Origin: Sphingomonadaceae bacterium
GTDB taxonomy: Bacteria > Pseudomonadota > Alphaproteobacteria > Sphingomonadales > Sphingomonadaceae
Direction: 5' to 3'
Length of the DNA: 64,000 nt
Assembly: GCA_041736905.1 (NCBI GenBank)
Contig: JBGSSR010000078.1
Location: 1,283 to 65,282 of the forward strand
The notes below the pieces were generated by a model. The model ran no database searches. It saw nothing but the letters and a program-made list of their open reading frames with translations, and was not told the origin of the DNA. This document shows, one piece after another, positions 1 to 9,642 of this stretch; position 1 is the first letter of the stretch, and each line of letters opens with the position of its first letter. Made by a program: the position numbers and the translations under genes.

Positions 1-1198
1 GCGTCAATTCTTCATCCAGATAGAATGCGCCAACCATCCAGTCGACTTTACCATCCATGAACTCGCCTTGGATACGCAATTCTTGGGTGAAGTCCTTGAT
101 TCCGGTTTGGTAGCCATCACGATAGGCACGATCGAGGCCGGTAAAATCGATATCCATCGAACGGGTGGCATCCCAATCGCGGTACGCCGTGATGCTCGTG
201 ATGTTCACGCCACCCAATTCAACGTCCAATTGACCGGAAAAGCCCCATTCTTCGACTTGCTCGGTCAAATCACGGCCGGGCGTAAAGGCAACGTTGCGGT
301 CAGCAGGATCGTTTGGCGTGATAAGGCCTGTCGTTTGGCCGCCCGACAATGCGGAGGTCAGGCCAATTATCGCGGGACCGGTGCTGCCGATGGCGGTGTG
401 GATCGCGCCGCAGCATTCTTCGTCGGTGCGCGCATAATCTGCGATGAAGCGGAATTGCACATTGTCGCCGTTGTCATACAGCACTTGGCTACGCATGAAT
501 TGGCGATCGACATTGTTGATGTCTTTGCCTGTGTTGACTTCGGTGATGTAGCCATCACGCTCCCGCCAGCCACCGTCAAACCGCACGGCCAAGGTGTCCG
601 ACAATGGGCCCGTGACGCCAAGTTTGATTTGTTTTTCGTCGTAGTTGCCAAAGCTGCCTTCAACATAACCGCCGAAATCAAATTTTGGGCCAGCGGTCAC
701 GATGCTCAATGCACCGGCCGACGTGTTGCGACCGAACAAAGTGCCTTGTGGGCCGCGAAGAACCTCAACACGCTCCAATTCGGGCATGTCGGACAAAGCC
801 AAACCGGCGCGGGCGCGGAACACACCATCGACGAACACGCCAACGGCAGGTTCAAAACCCGGGTTATCGCCTGCGGTGCCGATACCGCGGATGGACAGCA
901 CAACGCCGGTCGCGCTGGATTGGCCAGTGGTGGATTGCAGACTTGGCGTCAATTGACGCAGGCCGCGAACGTCGGTCACGCCGCTATTGGTAATCAGTTC
1001 GCTGTCCACGACGGTAATCGCAACGGGAACTTCTTGCAGCAATTGGTCACGACCTTGGGCGGTAACGACGATGTCGCCATAGCCTTCGTCAGCATTTTCT
1101 TCTGTTGCGGTGGTTTCTTGTGCAAAAGCGGGGGTAGCAAGGCCAAAGGCCAATACCGGCGTTAGCGCGGTTGCCGTACGCAAAATGGTTTTACGCAT
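1..1198 (-). CDS. TonB-dependent outer-membrane receptor, N-terminal ~399 codons (3' end lies beyond the window edge)
   Basis: Absent from the ORF track because it runs off the edge. Reverse-strand translation from ATG at 1198 gives MRKTILRTATALTPVLAFGLATPAFAQ (signal peptide), DIVVTAQGRDQLLQEVPVAITVV and ELERVEVLRGPQGTLFGRNTSAGA (plug-domain motifs). The + ORF 68..1165 is its antisense shadow. Confidence 0.9.
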   Translation of the reverse strand, partial: MRKTILRTATALTPVLAFGLATPAFAQETTATEENADEGYGDIVVTAQGRDQLLQEVPVAITVVDSELITNSGVTDVRGLRQLTPSLQSTTGQSSATGVVLSIRGIGTAGDNPGFEPAVGVFVDGVFRARAGLALSDMPELERVEVLRGPQGTLFGRNTSAGALSIVTAGPKFDFGGYVEGSFGNYDEKQIKLGVTGPLSDTLAVRFDGGWRERDGYITEVNTGKDINNVDRQFMRSQVLYDNGDNVQFRFIADYARTDEECCGAIHTAIGSTGPAIIGLTSALSGGQTTGLITPNDPADRNVAFTPGRDLTEQVEEWGFSGQLDVELGGVNITSITAYRDWDATRSMDIDFTGLDRAYRDGYQTGIKDFTQELRIQGEFMDGKVDWMVGAFYLDEELT

Positions 1199-1658
1199 CA
1201 AATTCTCTCCTCAATAAACAGCGCGACCCAAAGCTGTGTATCACAGTCATTGTCAGCGCCTTGGGCAAACTGTGGCGCATTTTGTTGCTTTATGTCCAGC
1301 AAAGAGCGCAAAAATTTGCGTGCAAGGAAACGAATGTTGCTTTTGGGTTACAGAATCGAGGACGGTGGCGGTTTGTAGTGCGGTCATCCGGTCGTTAACA
1401 TTGGTGTTAATAGCTCCCATTTCCCTAGGGTAAAATGGATCGCAACTCCTTTTATGCCCGCACAACCGCGGCGATAGGGCAGCCCTCCCCGAAAAACAGA
1501 TCCCGCTGCTGGATTAGACACTCCGCTGGGCTGCAATCCGTTGCCAAGGACTTCAGCAAGCTTGATTCGCTTGGCTCCAATCCATGAATGTGCAATTCAC
1601 CAGCTATTCATGGCGTAACCAGCAAAACAAGGAAACCGGAACCAAAGCGGAGGCGCAC

Positions 1659-3047
1659 ATGGATATTAAAGCACATATCGCGGCCACTCGATTTGGCCTT
1701 GGCCATGCCCATGATTTCGATGTGCCTTCGGCGTCAAAGTCCGCCTTACTGACGCAGGTGCAAAATGCACATAGCAGTTCCACCGCGTCAAATGCAGAAG
1801 CGCTAATCTCCGACATCTTGTCGTTTCAATTTTCTGCCCGAAGCGCAGCCATGGCTGGGGAAGTTTTGCCCCCAGAAAAGCGCGCCGTTTTCAACCAATC
1901 GTTTCGACAGTCCGTAAACGATCGGTTGGCGCTTTCCGTCGAGAGTGAGGCACCGTTTCGTGAGCGGCTGGTCCAATTTTGGTCCAACCATTTTGCCATT
2001 GATGCGAAGTCCTTGGTCGTTCGGGCCTTGGCACCCGATTATGAAAATGCCGCAATCGCGACATATGTCGGTGGCCGTTTCGCGGACCTATTGAAATCAG
2101 CCCTGCTCCACCCCGCGATGTTGATTTATTTGGATCAAGTGAACTCCATCGGTCCCAACAGCATAGCCGGCCAACGGGGCCGAGAAGCGCGCGAGTTGAA
2201 GGGTAAGAAGGCGGGCCTCAACGAAAACCTTGCTCGTGAAATTTTGGAATTGCACACGCTTGGCGTGAACGGCGGCTATTCGCAAGGCGATATCGAGGAA
2301 CTTGCCCGCGCGATGACGGGCCACACCATCGCGCATTATTCGCGGCAGCGCGACGCAAAGGAAGGTAGCGCTGGCAAACCTTTAGGCCGGGCTATTTTTA
2401 TTCCGCAATTGCATGAGCCGGGCGAACGTCGGCTGCTCGGTCAGCGTTATCCGGACACTGGCGCGGGTCAATTTTTGGGGATGTTAGATGCGTTGGCGGT
2501 GCACCCCGCGACCGCCACATTTCTAGCGACCAAATTGGCGCGGCATTTTGTCGCGGATGCTCCGCCTGCTCAATTGGTTAAGTCCATGGCGACCGCGTAT
2601 TTAGGCTCCAAGGGCGACTTGATGGCGCTCTATGCCGCTATGCTTGATGCAGAGGAGAGCTGGCGGGCTGAGCCTTTGAAATTCAAATCGCCATGGGATT
2701 GGACCGTATCCGCTTGCCGCCTCATCAGCAATCGCGCGCACGAACGCATTGTTGCGCATAAATTCGTGCAGGATTTGGGGCAGAGTATTTGGCAACCCGG
2801 GTCGCCCGCCGGATTTGGTGACCAATTCACTCATTGGGCCAGCCCCGATGGATTGGTGCGGCGCGTGGGTGCGGCGGAACGGCTAGCGGGTCGCGCTGGT
2901 CAGGATCCGTTGTCGGCGGACGCCATCGACGCGCTATTCCCTGCTAACATGCTTTCAGTTCAATCGAGGTCAGTTCTGCTCGCCGCCGAAAGTCCGCGCA
3001 GCCAATGGGCGATTGCCCTGTCCCTCCCCGAATTTCAGCGGAGATAG
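1659..3047 (+). CDS. DUF1800 family protein
   Basis: LNENLAREILELHTLGVNGGYSQGDI block is typical of DUF1800. The ORF opens at 1584. I prefer ATG 1659, which has GGAGG 7 nt upstream. Confidence 0.8.
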   Translation: MDIKAHIAATRFGLGHAHDFDVPSASKSALLTQVQNAHSSSTASNAEALISDILSFQFSARSAAMAGEVLPPEKRAVFNQSFRQSVNDRLALSVESEAPFRERLVQFWSNHFAIDAKSLVVRALAPDYENAAIATYVGGRFADLLKSALLHPAMLIYLDQVNSIGPNSIAGQRGREARELKGKKAGLNENLAREILELHTLGVNGGYSQGDIEELARAMTGHTIAHYSRQRDAKEGSAGKPLGRAIFIPQLHEPGERRLLGQRYPDTGAGQFLGMLDALAVHPATATFLATKLARHFVADAPPAQLVKSMATAYLGSKGDLMALYAAMLDAEESWRAEPLKFKSPWDWTVSACRLISNRAHERIVAHKFVQDLGQSIWQPGSPAGFGDQFTHWASPDGLVRRVGAAERLAGRAGQDPLSADAIDALFPANMLSVQSRSVLLAAESPRSQWAIALSLPEFQRR

Positions 3048-3050
3048 ACC

Positions 3051-4175
3051 ATGACCGTGAACCGTCGCCATTTTATCGCGCAATCCATGATGGCCAGTGG
3101 ATTGGCGTTTAGCCCGTTCAGCATCGGCCCCCTTCACGCCATGAACGCGCCCACCGACCAGCGCTTTGTGTTTATAATCCAACGCGGTGCCGCCGATGGA
3201 TTGGCCATTGTGGAGCCGCGCGGAGATGCGGCCCTCACTGGCCTTCGCAAAGGATTGATGTCCGCCGACCCGTTGCGGTTGGACGGTTATTTCGCCCTGC
3301 ACCCTGCCCTACCAAAAATCCATGGCTTGGCGCAAAAAGGTCAGGCGGAAATTGTCCACGCCATCGGCACGGTGTATCGCCAACGCTCGCACTTTGATGC
3401 GCAGGCTGTGCTGGAAACCGGCGGCGCAACGGCGCAATCGCTGCGCACGGGATGGATGAACCGCCTTATCGGGATGTTGCCCCAAGGCGCGCAAAGTGCG
3501 ATGGCATTATCGCCTATCATCCCGCTCGCACTGGCGGGGAAGAACCATGTCGGCAACGTTGGCTTGGAAAACAACGCGCCGGTGAGCGACGATTTGGCCA
3601 TGCAAATGAGTACGCTTTATGCCAGTGACCCTGAACTTGGCCCCCTTTGGCAACAGGCGATGCAAACGCAGGGATTGCTGTCCACAAATAAAGGCGACGC
3701 GAAGGGCGGATCGACCATTGGCACCGCCGCCGCCGACTTGCTCCGCCCCGCCAATGGCGCGCGGTTGATGATGATCGAAACCGGTGGTTGGGACACGCAC
3801 AGCGCGCAGCAAAACCGGCTGACGCGGCAACTCACCCATTTGGATGCCATGGTGGATGCACTGGCGAGCAGTTTGGGCCCATTGTGGAACAAGACCTTGG
3901 TTCTCGTCGCCACCGAATTCGGCCGCACCGCCGCGCTTAATGGGACGCAAGGAACGGACCATGGGACAGGAAGTGCCGCGTTTTGGCTGGGCGGGTCATT
4001 GGGCAGCAGAACGCCGGTGGTCGCCGAATGGCCGGGGCTTTCTGCGAACGCCCTTTACCAAGGCCGCGACCTGATGCCCACGCGCAGTTTTGAGCGGATG
4101 ACGGCGGAGCGCTTGTCCGCGCATTTCGGCCTTTCGCCGGTCAATACGTTGGCAACGCTATTCCCCTCAGTCTAA
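3051..4175 (+). CDS. DUF1501 family protein (Tat-signal, sulfatase/phosphatase-like)
   Basis: Twin-arginine-like N-terminus MTVNRRHFIAQSMMASGLAF. Carries GGWDTH and VLVATEFGRTAALNGTQGTDHG hallmarks of DUF1501. Starts 3 nt after the DUF1800 gene, which is the usual pairing. Confidence 0.85.
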   Translation: MTVNRRHFIAQSMMASGLAFSPFSIGPLHAMNAPTDQRFVFIIQRGAADGLAIVEPRGDAALTGLRKGLMSADPLRLDGYFALHPALPKIHGLAQKGQAEIVHAIGTVYRQRSHFDAQAVLETGGATAQSLRTGWMNRLIGMLPQGAQSAMALSPIIPLALAGKNHVGNVGLENNAPVSDDLAMQMSTLYASDPELGPLWQQAMQTQGLLSTNKGDAKGGSTIGTAAADLLRPANGARLMMIETGGWDTHSAQQNRLTRQLTHLDAMVDALASSLGPLWNKTLVLVATEFGRTAALNGTQGTDHGTGSAAFWLGGSLGSRTPVVAEWPGLSANALYQGRDLMPTRSFERMTAERLSAHFGLSPVNTLATLFPSV

Positions 4176-4285
4176 GCGGCGCAATTGTCGGTAAACGCGG
4201 TTGATAAATGCTGCGCCTGCGCATAAAAGGCGCGCGATACAGCATAACCGGCGTCGCATACCGAGAATACTGCCGAAGGGAATTG

Positions 4286-5320
4286 ATGTTGGCGCGAAAG
4301 ATAGATTCTGTCCTCATTACCGGCGGGACAGGCAGCTTCGGCAAGACGATGCTCAACGGCTTGCTGGCCGATGGTGTGAGCGAAGTGCGCGTGCTAAGCC
4401 GCGATGAGGAAAAGCAGGATGCGTTGCGTAACCAATTGCGCGACCCGCGAGTGCGCTATTTCATCGGCGACATTCGGGAACGGTCCAGCGTTGACCGCGC
4501 GATGGCGGGCGTCGACGCCTGTTTCCACGCCGCTGCGTTGAAGCAAGTGCCCTCCTGCGAATTCTTCCCGTTGGAGGCCGTGCGCACCAATATTTTGGGC
4601 AGCGAAAACGTCATCCGTTCGGCCATCCAGAACGACGTCAAAAGCCTCGTCTGCCTGTCCACGGACAAGGCCGTGATGCCCATCAACGCGATGGGCATGA
4701 GCAAGGCGATGATGGAAAAACTCGCCCAATCCGCCGCGCGAGAAATCGGCGGCGGAGCTGGCACGACGATAAGCTGCGTCCGGTACGGCAACGTCATGTA
4801 TTCGCGCGGGTCGGTCATCCCTTTGTTCATTAAACAGATTAAGGACGGCAATCCGATCACCGTTACGGAACCCAAAATGACGCGCTTTCTGATGCCGTTG
4901 CGCGACAGTGTTGAGTTGGTGCGGTTCGCGTTCGAACACGCCAATCAGGGCGATTTGTTCATTAAGAAGGCGGCGGCCAGCACGATTGCAGATCTTGTTA
5001 CGGCATTGCTCGAACTCTTCGATGTGCCGAACCATCCTGTTGGCGTCATCGGATGGCGACATGCCGAAAAGCTTTACGAAACGCTGGCTAGTGCGCAGGA
5101 ATTGACCACGGCGGAGGATATGGGCGACTATTGGCGGCTGCAATTGGATGGCCGCGACCTGAATTACAACGCCTATTTCTCGGAAGGGGAAACCGAAACC
5201 GCGGCGCTTGACGATTATCATAGCCACAATACGCACCAATTGGATGTGGAGGGCGTGAAGGCATTGCTGCTCACCCTGCCCGAGGTGCAGGCGGAATTGG
5301 CTTCATGGCAAGCCCAATGA
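4286..5320 (+). CDS. fnlA: UDP-N-acetylglucosamine 4,6-dehydratase/5-epimerase (FnlA/CapE/WbjB family)
   Basis: Motifs VLITGGTGSFGKTML, YFIGDIRE, FHAAALKQVPSCEFFP and STDKAVMPINAMGMSKAMMEK. Start placed at ATG 4286 (GAAGGGA upstream); the ORF opens at 4208. Confidence 0.88.
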   Translation: MLARKIDSVLITGGTGSFGKTMLNGLLADGVSEVRVLSRDEEKQDALRNQLRDPRVRYFIGDIRERSSVDRAMAGVDACFHAAALKQVPSCEFFPLEAVRTNILGSENVIRSAIQNDVKSLVCLSTDKAVMPINAMGMSKAMMEKLAQSAAREIGGGAGTTISCVRYGNVMYSRGSVIPLFIKQIKDGNPITVTEPKMTRFLMPLRDSVELVRFAFEHANQGDLFIKKAAASTIADLVTALLELFDVPNHPVGVIGWRHAEKLYETLASAQELTTAEDMGDYWRLQLDGRDLNYNAYFSEGETETAALDDYHSHNTHQLDVEGVKALLLTLPEVQAELASWQAQ

Positions 5321-6435
5321 AAATAGCAATTACCGGAGCGCGCGGGCTTTTGGGCTGGCACAGCGCGGCGCGGCTCCATGCACAAAATTGTCAGGCGCGG
5401 TTTAAGGGGACGGATGCGCCCTATGAACTCGCGCTGATTGACCATGCGACCTTTGACGACGCCGCGGCGTTGGCTGAGGCGCTAAAAGGCGCGGACGCAG
5501 TGCTCCACTGGGCAGGCGTCAATCGCGGGACCGAGGAAGAAGTAGAGGCGGCCAACCCGGCCATCGCGCGACGTCTGGTCGCGGGCTGTCAGGCGGCGGG
5601 GGTCACTCCGCACATCGTCTATGCCAACAGCACACACGCGGCGAACGACACCTTTTATGGCCGCTCAAAACGCATCGCGGGCGAGGTTTTGGCCGAGTTT
5701 GCGGGTGAGCGTTACACCAACCTCATCCTGCCGCATATTTTTGGCGAGTGCGCCAAGCCATACTACAACAATGTCACCGCAACGATTATTGATCAGTTGT
5801 GGGAGGATGTGACGCCCACGCTCAACCCCGATGGGCGGGTGCAATTGCTCCATGCGGGCGAAGCGGCGCAGATGGCGATTGATGCGGCGCTGGGCGGAAC
5901 CGGCGGGACGTTAGCTCCGAAAGGCCGCGATATTGGGGTCGTTGAACTTTACGAAAAGCTGAAAGGTTTTCACGAACTCTACACCGCCAATATCTTCCCC
6001 GACCTGTCGGACCCGTTCGATTTGGCGTTGTTCAACAGCTACCGCAGTGGCGGTTTCCCCAAACACTACCCGCGCCCTTTAAGGGTCAATGCCGACGCGC
6101 GTGGGATGTTGTTTGAAAGCGCAAAGGGCGGCAATGCCAGCCACACCTTCCTCTCCACCACCCTGCCCGGACAGCGCCGAGGGGAGCATTTCCATTATGA
6201 TTTGGTGGAGCGGTTCTTGGTGGTGCAGGGTGAGGCGCTGCTGCAAATCCGCAAAGTTCTGACGGGCGAAGTGACGGAATTCCGCGTCAGTGGCGACACC
6301 CCCGTCGCCATCGATCAGATACCCTTTCACACGCACAATATCATCAATGACGGCGATACGCCGGTCATCACCTTCTTTTGGACGCACCGGATGTTCGACC
6401 CCGCGCGGCCCGATACCTATGCCGATCCTGTTTAG
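5305..6435 (+). CDS. fnlB: UDP-2-acetamido-2,6-dideoxy-L-hexose 4-reductase/3-epimerase (FnlB/CapF/WbjC family, Rossmann plus C-terminal cupin)
   Basis: N-terminal KIAITGARGLLGWH Rossmann fold. The C-terminal cupin-like GQRRGEHFHYDLVERFLVVQGEALL is arranged as in CapF. Overlaps the fnlA stop and sits between the fnlA and fnlC homologues. Confidence 0.8.
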   Translation: MASPMKIAITGARGLLGWHSAARLHAQNCQARFKGTDAPYELALIDHATFDDAAALAEALKGADAVLHWAGVNRGTEEEVEAANPAIARRLVAGCQAAGVTPHIVYANSTHAANDTFYGRSKRIAGEVLAEFAGERYTNLILPHIFGECAKPYYNNVTATIIDQLWEDVTPTLNPDGRVQLLHAGEAAQMAIDAALGGTGGTLAPKGRDIGVVELYEKLKGFHELYTANIFPDLSDPFDLALFNSYRSGGFPKHYPRPLRVNADARGMLFESAKGGNASHTFLSTTLPGQRRGEHFHYDLVERFLVVQGEALLQIRKVLTGEVTEFRVSGDTPVAIDQIPFHTHNIINDGDTPVITFFWTHRMFDPARPDTYADPV

Positions 6436-6447
6436 AGGACACGACAC

Positions 6448-7605
6448 ATGAGCAAGTTGAAAGTCACCACCGTTCTGGGCACGCGCCCCGAAATCATCCG
6501 CCTGTCGCGCGTCATGGCGCGCCTGGATCAGCACACTGATCACCGCATTGTCCACACGGGGCAGAATTGGGATTATGAGCTGAACGAAGTGTTTTTCAGC
6601 GATCTGGGCGTGCGCAAACCCGATAATTTTATGGGCGTGGACACGTCATCCTTGGGTGCAGTTCTGGGCGGTATCCTCATCGAAACCGAGAAAGAACTGC
6701 GCGCCAATCGCCCCGATGCGTTGCTTGTCCTTGGCGATACCAACAGCGCGATTGCCGCCATTATGGCGCGACGGATGAAAATCCCCGTCTATCATATGGA
6801 GGCCGGCAATCGCAGCTACGACCGCAACGTGCCGGAGGAAACCAACCGGCGACTGGTCGATCATATTAGCGATTTCAATCTGGTTTATACCGAACATGCG
6901 CGGCGGCACTTGTTATCCGAGGGGATGCAGCATCGGCGCGTGTATCTGACGGGTTCACCCATGCGCGAGGTGTTGGAACATTACCGCCCGCAGATTGAAG
7001 CGTCGGATGTGCTGTCCACTTTGGGCCTTGAGGCGGGCAAATATTTCATCGTCTCGCTCCACCGCGAAGAGAATGTGGATAGCAAGGACCGGCTGGCGCA
7101 AGCAATGGCGGCGTTGAACCAACTCGCCGCCGCGTATGACATGCCGGTCATCATCTCCACGCATCCTCGGACTCGGAAGCGGTTGGACGCCATCGAAGGC
7201 CTGGCGCTCGACCCGCGCATCCGCGATATGAAGCCCTTCGGTTTCCACGACTATAACCACCTGCAAATGCAGGCATTCTGCGCGATTAGCGACAGCGGCA
7301 CGATTGCGGAGGAATCGAGCATCCTCGACTTCCCCGCCATCACCCCGCGCGACGCGATTGAGCGGCCCGAGGCATTGGACACCGGCAACATCATCGTCAC
7401 GGGCCTCAATGCCGACACGATTGCCGAAGCCGTAGCGGCGGTGACCGCGATGCATGCTGAACGCAAGGCAGCGGGCGTGGCGGGCATCATCCCTGAGGAC
7501 TATCAGATCATGAACACGTCCGAACGGGTCACAAAACTCATCCTCGGCACCGCGCGTCTGTCCAATGGATGGGATGGCATCCGTATGCACGATTATGTCG
7601 GCTAA
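6448..7605 (+). CDS. fnlC: UDP-N-acetylglucosamine 2-epimerase (non-hydrolysing; FnlC/CapG/WbjD family)
   Basis: KVTTVLGTRPEIIRLS N-terminus, GDTNSAIAA and HMEAGNRSYD motifs typical of WecB-type 2-epimerases. Third gene of the fnl-type triad. Confidence 0.88.
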   Translation: MSKLKVTTVLGTRPEIIRLSRVMARLDQHTDHRIVHTGQNWDYELNEVFFSDLGVRKPDNFMGVDTSSLGAVLGGILIETEKELRANRPDALLVLGDTNSAIAAIMARRMKIPVYHMEAGNRSYDRNVPEETNRRLVDHISDFNLVYTEHARRHLLSEGMQHRRVYLTGSPMREVLEHYRPQIEASDVLSTLGLEAGKYFIVSLHREENVDSKDRLAQAMAALNQLAAAYDMPVIISTHPRTRKRLDAIEGLALDPRIRDMKPFGFHDYNHLQMQAFCAISDSGTIAEESSILDFPAITPRDAIERPEALDTGNIIVTGLNADTIAEAVAAVTAMHAERKAAGVAGIIPEDYQIMNTSERVTKLILGTARLSNGWDGIRMHDYVG

Positions 7606-7617
7606 GGCGCGATAGCT

Positions 7618-8475
7618 ATGGCCCAACCCATTTTCATCATTGGCGCGGCGCGGTCCGGCACGAAATATCTGCGCGATATTTTGGCGACGTCGCCCAATGC
7701 GTGCAAAGTGCCCTATGATGTCAATTACATCTGGCGCTATGGTTTTGAACAGCATCCCGATGATGTCCTACCGCCGGAGCAGATGACCGCGAAGCAAGAG
7801 CAGTTCATCCGCACGCATATCCACCGGCTCGCCAAAACGACGCCCGATGCGGCGACCGTTCTATTTGAAAAAACGGTGAGCAACACGTTGCGCGTGCCCT
7901 ACATCCTGCGCGCCTTTCCCGATGCGAAGTTTATCCACCTGATCCGCGATGGCCGGTCGGTGACAGAAAGCTCGATGCGCCAATGGGAGGCACCGCCCGA
8001 TTGGGGCCGTTTGGTTGAGAAATTGCGCGGAATGCCGCTGCAAAATCTGGGTTATGCCGCATGGTTCGTTGTCGATATTATCAAGGGCAAGTTGGAGCGG
8101 CGCAAGACCGATAAACTGTGGGGTCCGCGCTATCCCGGCATCGTCGATGATGTGCGCGCTGATGTGCCGCTTGCGGAAATCTGCGCAAAGCAATGGGCGC
8201 AATCGTTGGCGACGGCACAGCGCGATTTGGACGCCCTGCCCCATGGCCGCGTCATCACTGTCCGCTATGACGATTTGGTCGGCGGTGAGTCCACGATACG
8301 CCAACTATGCGATTTTTGTGATTTGCGCGAAGCGGATGCCATCGTCGCCAATCACCTTGCCCAGGTCGACAAACGCACCGATGCCAAATGGCGCACCGCC
8401 ATGTCCGACACTGAAAAAACGCAAATGATCCAACACGCCGGCGCTCTGCTTGAGCAGCTTGGTTACAGGGAGTAA
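7618..8475 (+). CDS. Sulfotransferase family protein (PAPS-dependent), ST1
   Basis: 5'-phosphosulfate-binding loop IFIIGAARSGTKYL and 3'-phosphate-binding segment FIHLIRDGRSVTESS. No signal peptide. Embedded in the co-directional sugar operon. Confidence 0.8.
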   Translation: MAQPIFIIGAARSGTKYLRDILATSPNACKVPYDVNYIWRYGFEQHPDDVLPPEQMTAKQEQFIRTHIHRLAKTTPDAATVLFEKTVSNTLRVPYILRAFPDAKFIHLIRDGRSVTESSMRQWEAPPDWGRLVEKLRGMPLQNLGYAAWFVVDIIKGKLERRKTDKLWGPRYPGIVDDVRADVPLAEICAKQWAQSLATAQRDLDALPHGRVITVRYDDLVGGESTIRQLCDFCDLREADAIVANHLAQVDKRTDAKWRTAMSDTEKTQMIQHAGALLEQLGYRE

Positions 8476-8482
8476 TTCGACC

Positions 8483-9640
8483 GTGGAAGCCCGCACTATC
8501 CCCTTTTTCCGCCCCAGCATTGGTGAGGATGAAATCAATGAAGTCGTCGATTGCCTGCGCAATGGCTGGCTCACCACCGGCGCGAAATCGGCTAAATTTG
8601 AGCGGGACTTTTCGGCCTTGTTCGATGATGGCGTGGACTCCATCGCGGTGAACAGCGCCACGGCGGCGCTGCATTTGGGCCTTGAGGCGTTGGGCGTTGG
8701 CCCGGGCGACGAAGTTATCGTTCCCACTTTCACCTTCACCGCCACCGCCGAAGTCGTCCGCTATTTGGGCGCGACGCCGGTGTTCGTCGATTGCGATTTG
8801 GACAGTTTCAACATTGGCCCTGCGCAGATTGAACCCGCCATAAGCCCGCGTACCAAAGTCATCATGCCAGTGCACTTTGCCGGTTTGGCGTGCGACATGA
8901 AGGGCATTCGCGCGCTGGCTGACCAGCATGGCCTGAAAATTTTGGACGACGCCGCGCACGCCCTGCCTACCTATCACGATGGCAAATTGATTGGCGATTG
9001 CTACGCCGATGTCACCGCGTTTTCCTTCTACGCCAACAAGACGATGACCACGGGCGAAGGCGGCATGCTGACCACGCGCGATCCCGCCTTGGCGCAGCGG
9101 GCGCGGCATATGCGCCTCCACGGCATCAACCGCGATGTGTTCAACCGCTTCACCGATACCAAGGCAAGCTGGCAATACGACATCGTTGCGCCGGGCTATA
9201 AATACAACCTGACCGATATCGCCGCCGCGATGGGCCTTCATCAGTTGAAGAAAATCGTCGCGTTTAAGGACGCGCGCAAGGCATTGTGCGATCGGTACAG
9301 TGAGAAACTTGCTGGCTTGCCGCTCATCCTGCCCGCCGTGGCGAAGAAAACGGGCGGACACAGCCACCATCTTTACATCGTGCGCGTCACCGATGGCGCA
9401 GTGATGAACCGCAACGACGTTATCGTCGCGCTGCAAGCCGCGGGCATTGGCGTGTCGGTGCATTACCGCCCGCTACACCGTATGACCTATTGGCAGGAAA
9501 CCTTCGGCCTGACGCCAGAGGCATTTCCGAATGCCGATGCGATTGGTGAGACCTGCATCAGCCTCCCGCTGTTCCCCGGCATGAGCGAGGATGATCAGGA
9601 TTACGTCATCGCCACCTTGCGCGGGCTGTTGGCCAATTAA
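8483..9640 (+). CDS. DegT/DnrJ/EryC1/StrS-family PLP-dependent sugar aminotransferase
   Basis: IPFFRPSIGEDEINEV N-terminus, DDAAHA, SFYANKTMTTGEGG (PLP-lysine region) and MRLHGI blocks. The ORF opens at TTG 8450. GTG 8483, preceded by CAGGGAG, is preferred. Confidence 0.85.
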   Translation: MEARTIPFFRPSIGEDEINEVVDCLRNGWLTTGAKSAKFERDFSALFDDGVDSIAVNSATAALHLGLEALGVGPGDEVIVPTFTFTATAEVVRYLGATPVFVDCDLDSFNIGPAQIEPAISPRTKVIMPVHFAGLACDMKGIRALADQHGLKILDDAAHALPTYHDGKLIGDCYADVTAFSFYANKTMTTGEGGMLTTRDPALAQRARHMRLHGINRDVFNRFTDTKASWQYDIVAPGYKYNLTDIAAAMGLHQLKKIVAFKDARKALCDRYSEKLAGLPLILPAVAKKTGGHSHHLYIVRVTDGAVMNRNDVIVALQAAGIGVSVHYRPLHRMTYWQETFGLTPEAFPNADAIGETCISLPLFPGMSEDDQDYVIATLRGLLAN

Positions 9641-9642
9641 TC

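Noticed and set aside
68-1165. 365-aa plus-strand ORF at the left edge
   Set aside because: Low-complexity Ala/Gly/Arg-rich translation with no motif. The opposite strand encodes a textbook TonB-dependent receptor N-terminus in an open frame to the edge. This is an antisense shadow ORF.
1199-1583. Long 5' region upstream of the TonB receptor gene, checked for a riboswitch (cobalamin, TPP); also a short inverted repeat CTGTG-TAT-CACAG at 1234-1246
   Set aside because: I could not find a B12 box, a GGTGAAA/CTGAGA-type core or other riboswitch signatures on the minus strand. The 5-bp inverted repeat is short enough to occur by chance. A cmsearch against Rfam would settle it.
4394-5239. 281-aa minus-strand ORF. 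The same applies to other long shadows at 6955..7755, 14706..15413, 17409..18263, 25910..26920, 28590..29258, 30117..30899, 41151..41738, 58660..59811, 62050..63111 and 63160..63744.
   Set aside because: Each is antisense or out of frame to a gene with strong family motifs (fnlA, fnlC, deacetylase, FkbM/ST2, argF, dnaJ, dnaK, pntB, pdhC, rnr, proS). None has a recognisable domain.
8255-9463. 402-aa minus-strand ORF
   Set aside because: Lies antisense to the well-supported DegT aminotransferase and the sulfotransferase 3' end. Its composition (R/A/G-rich) is typical of GC-rich shadow frames.
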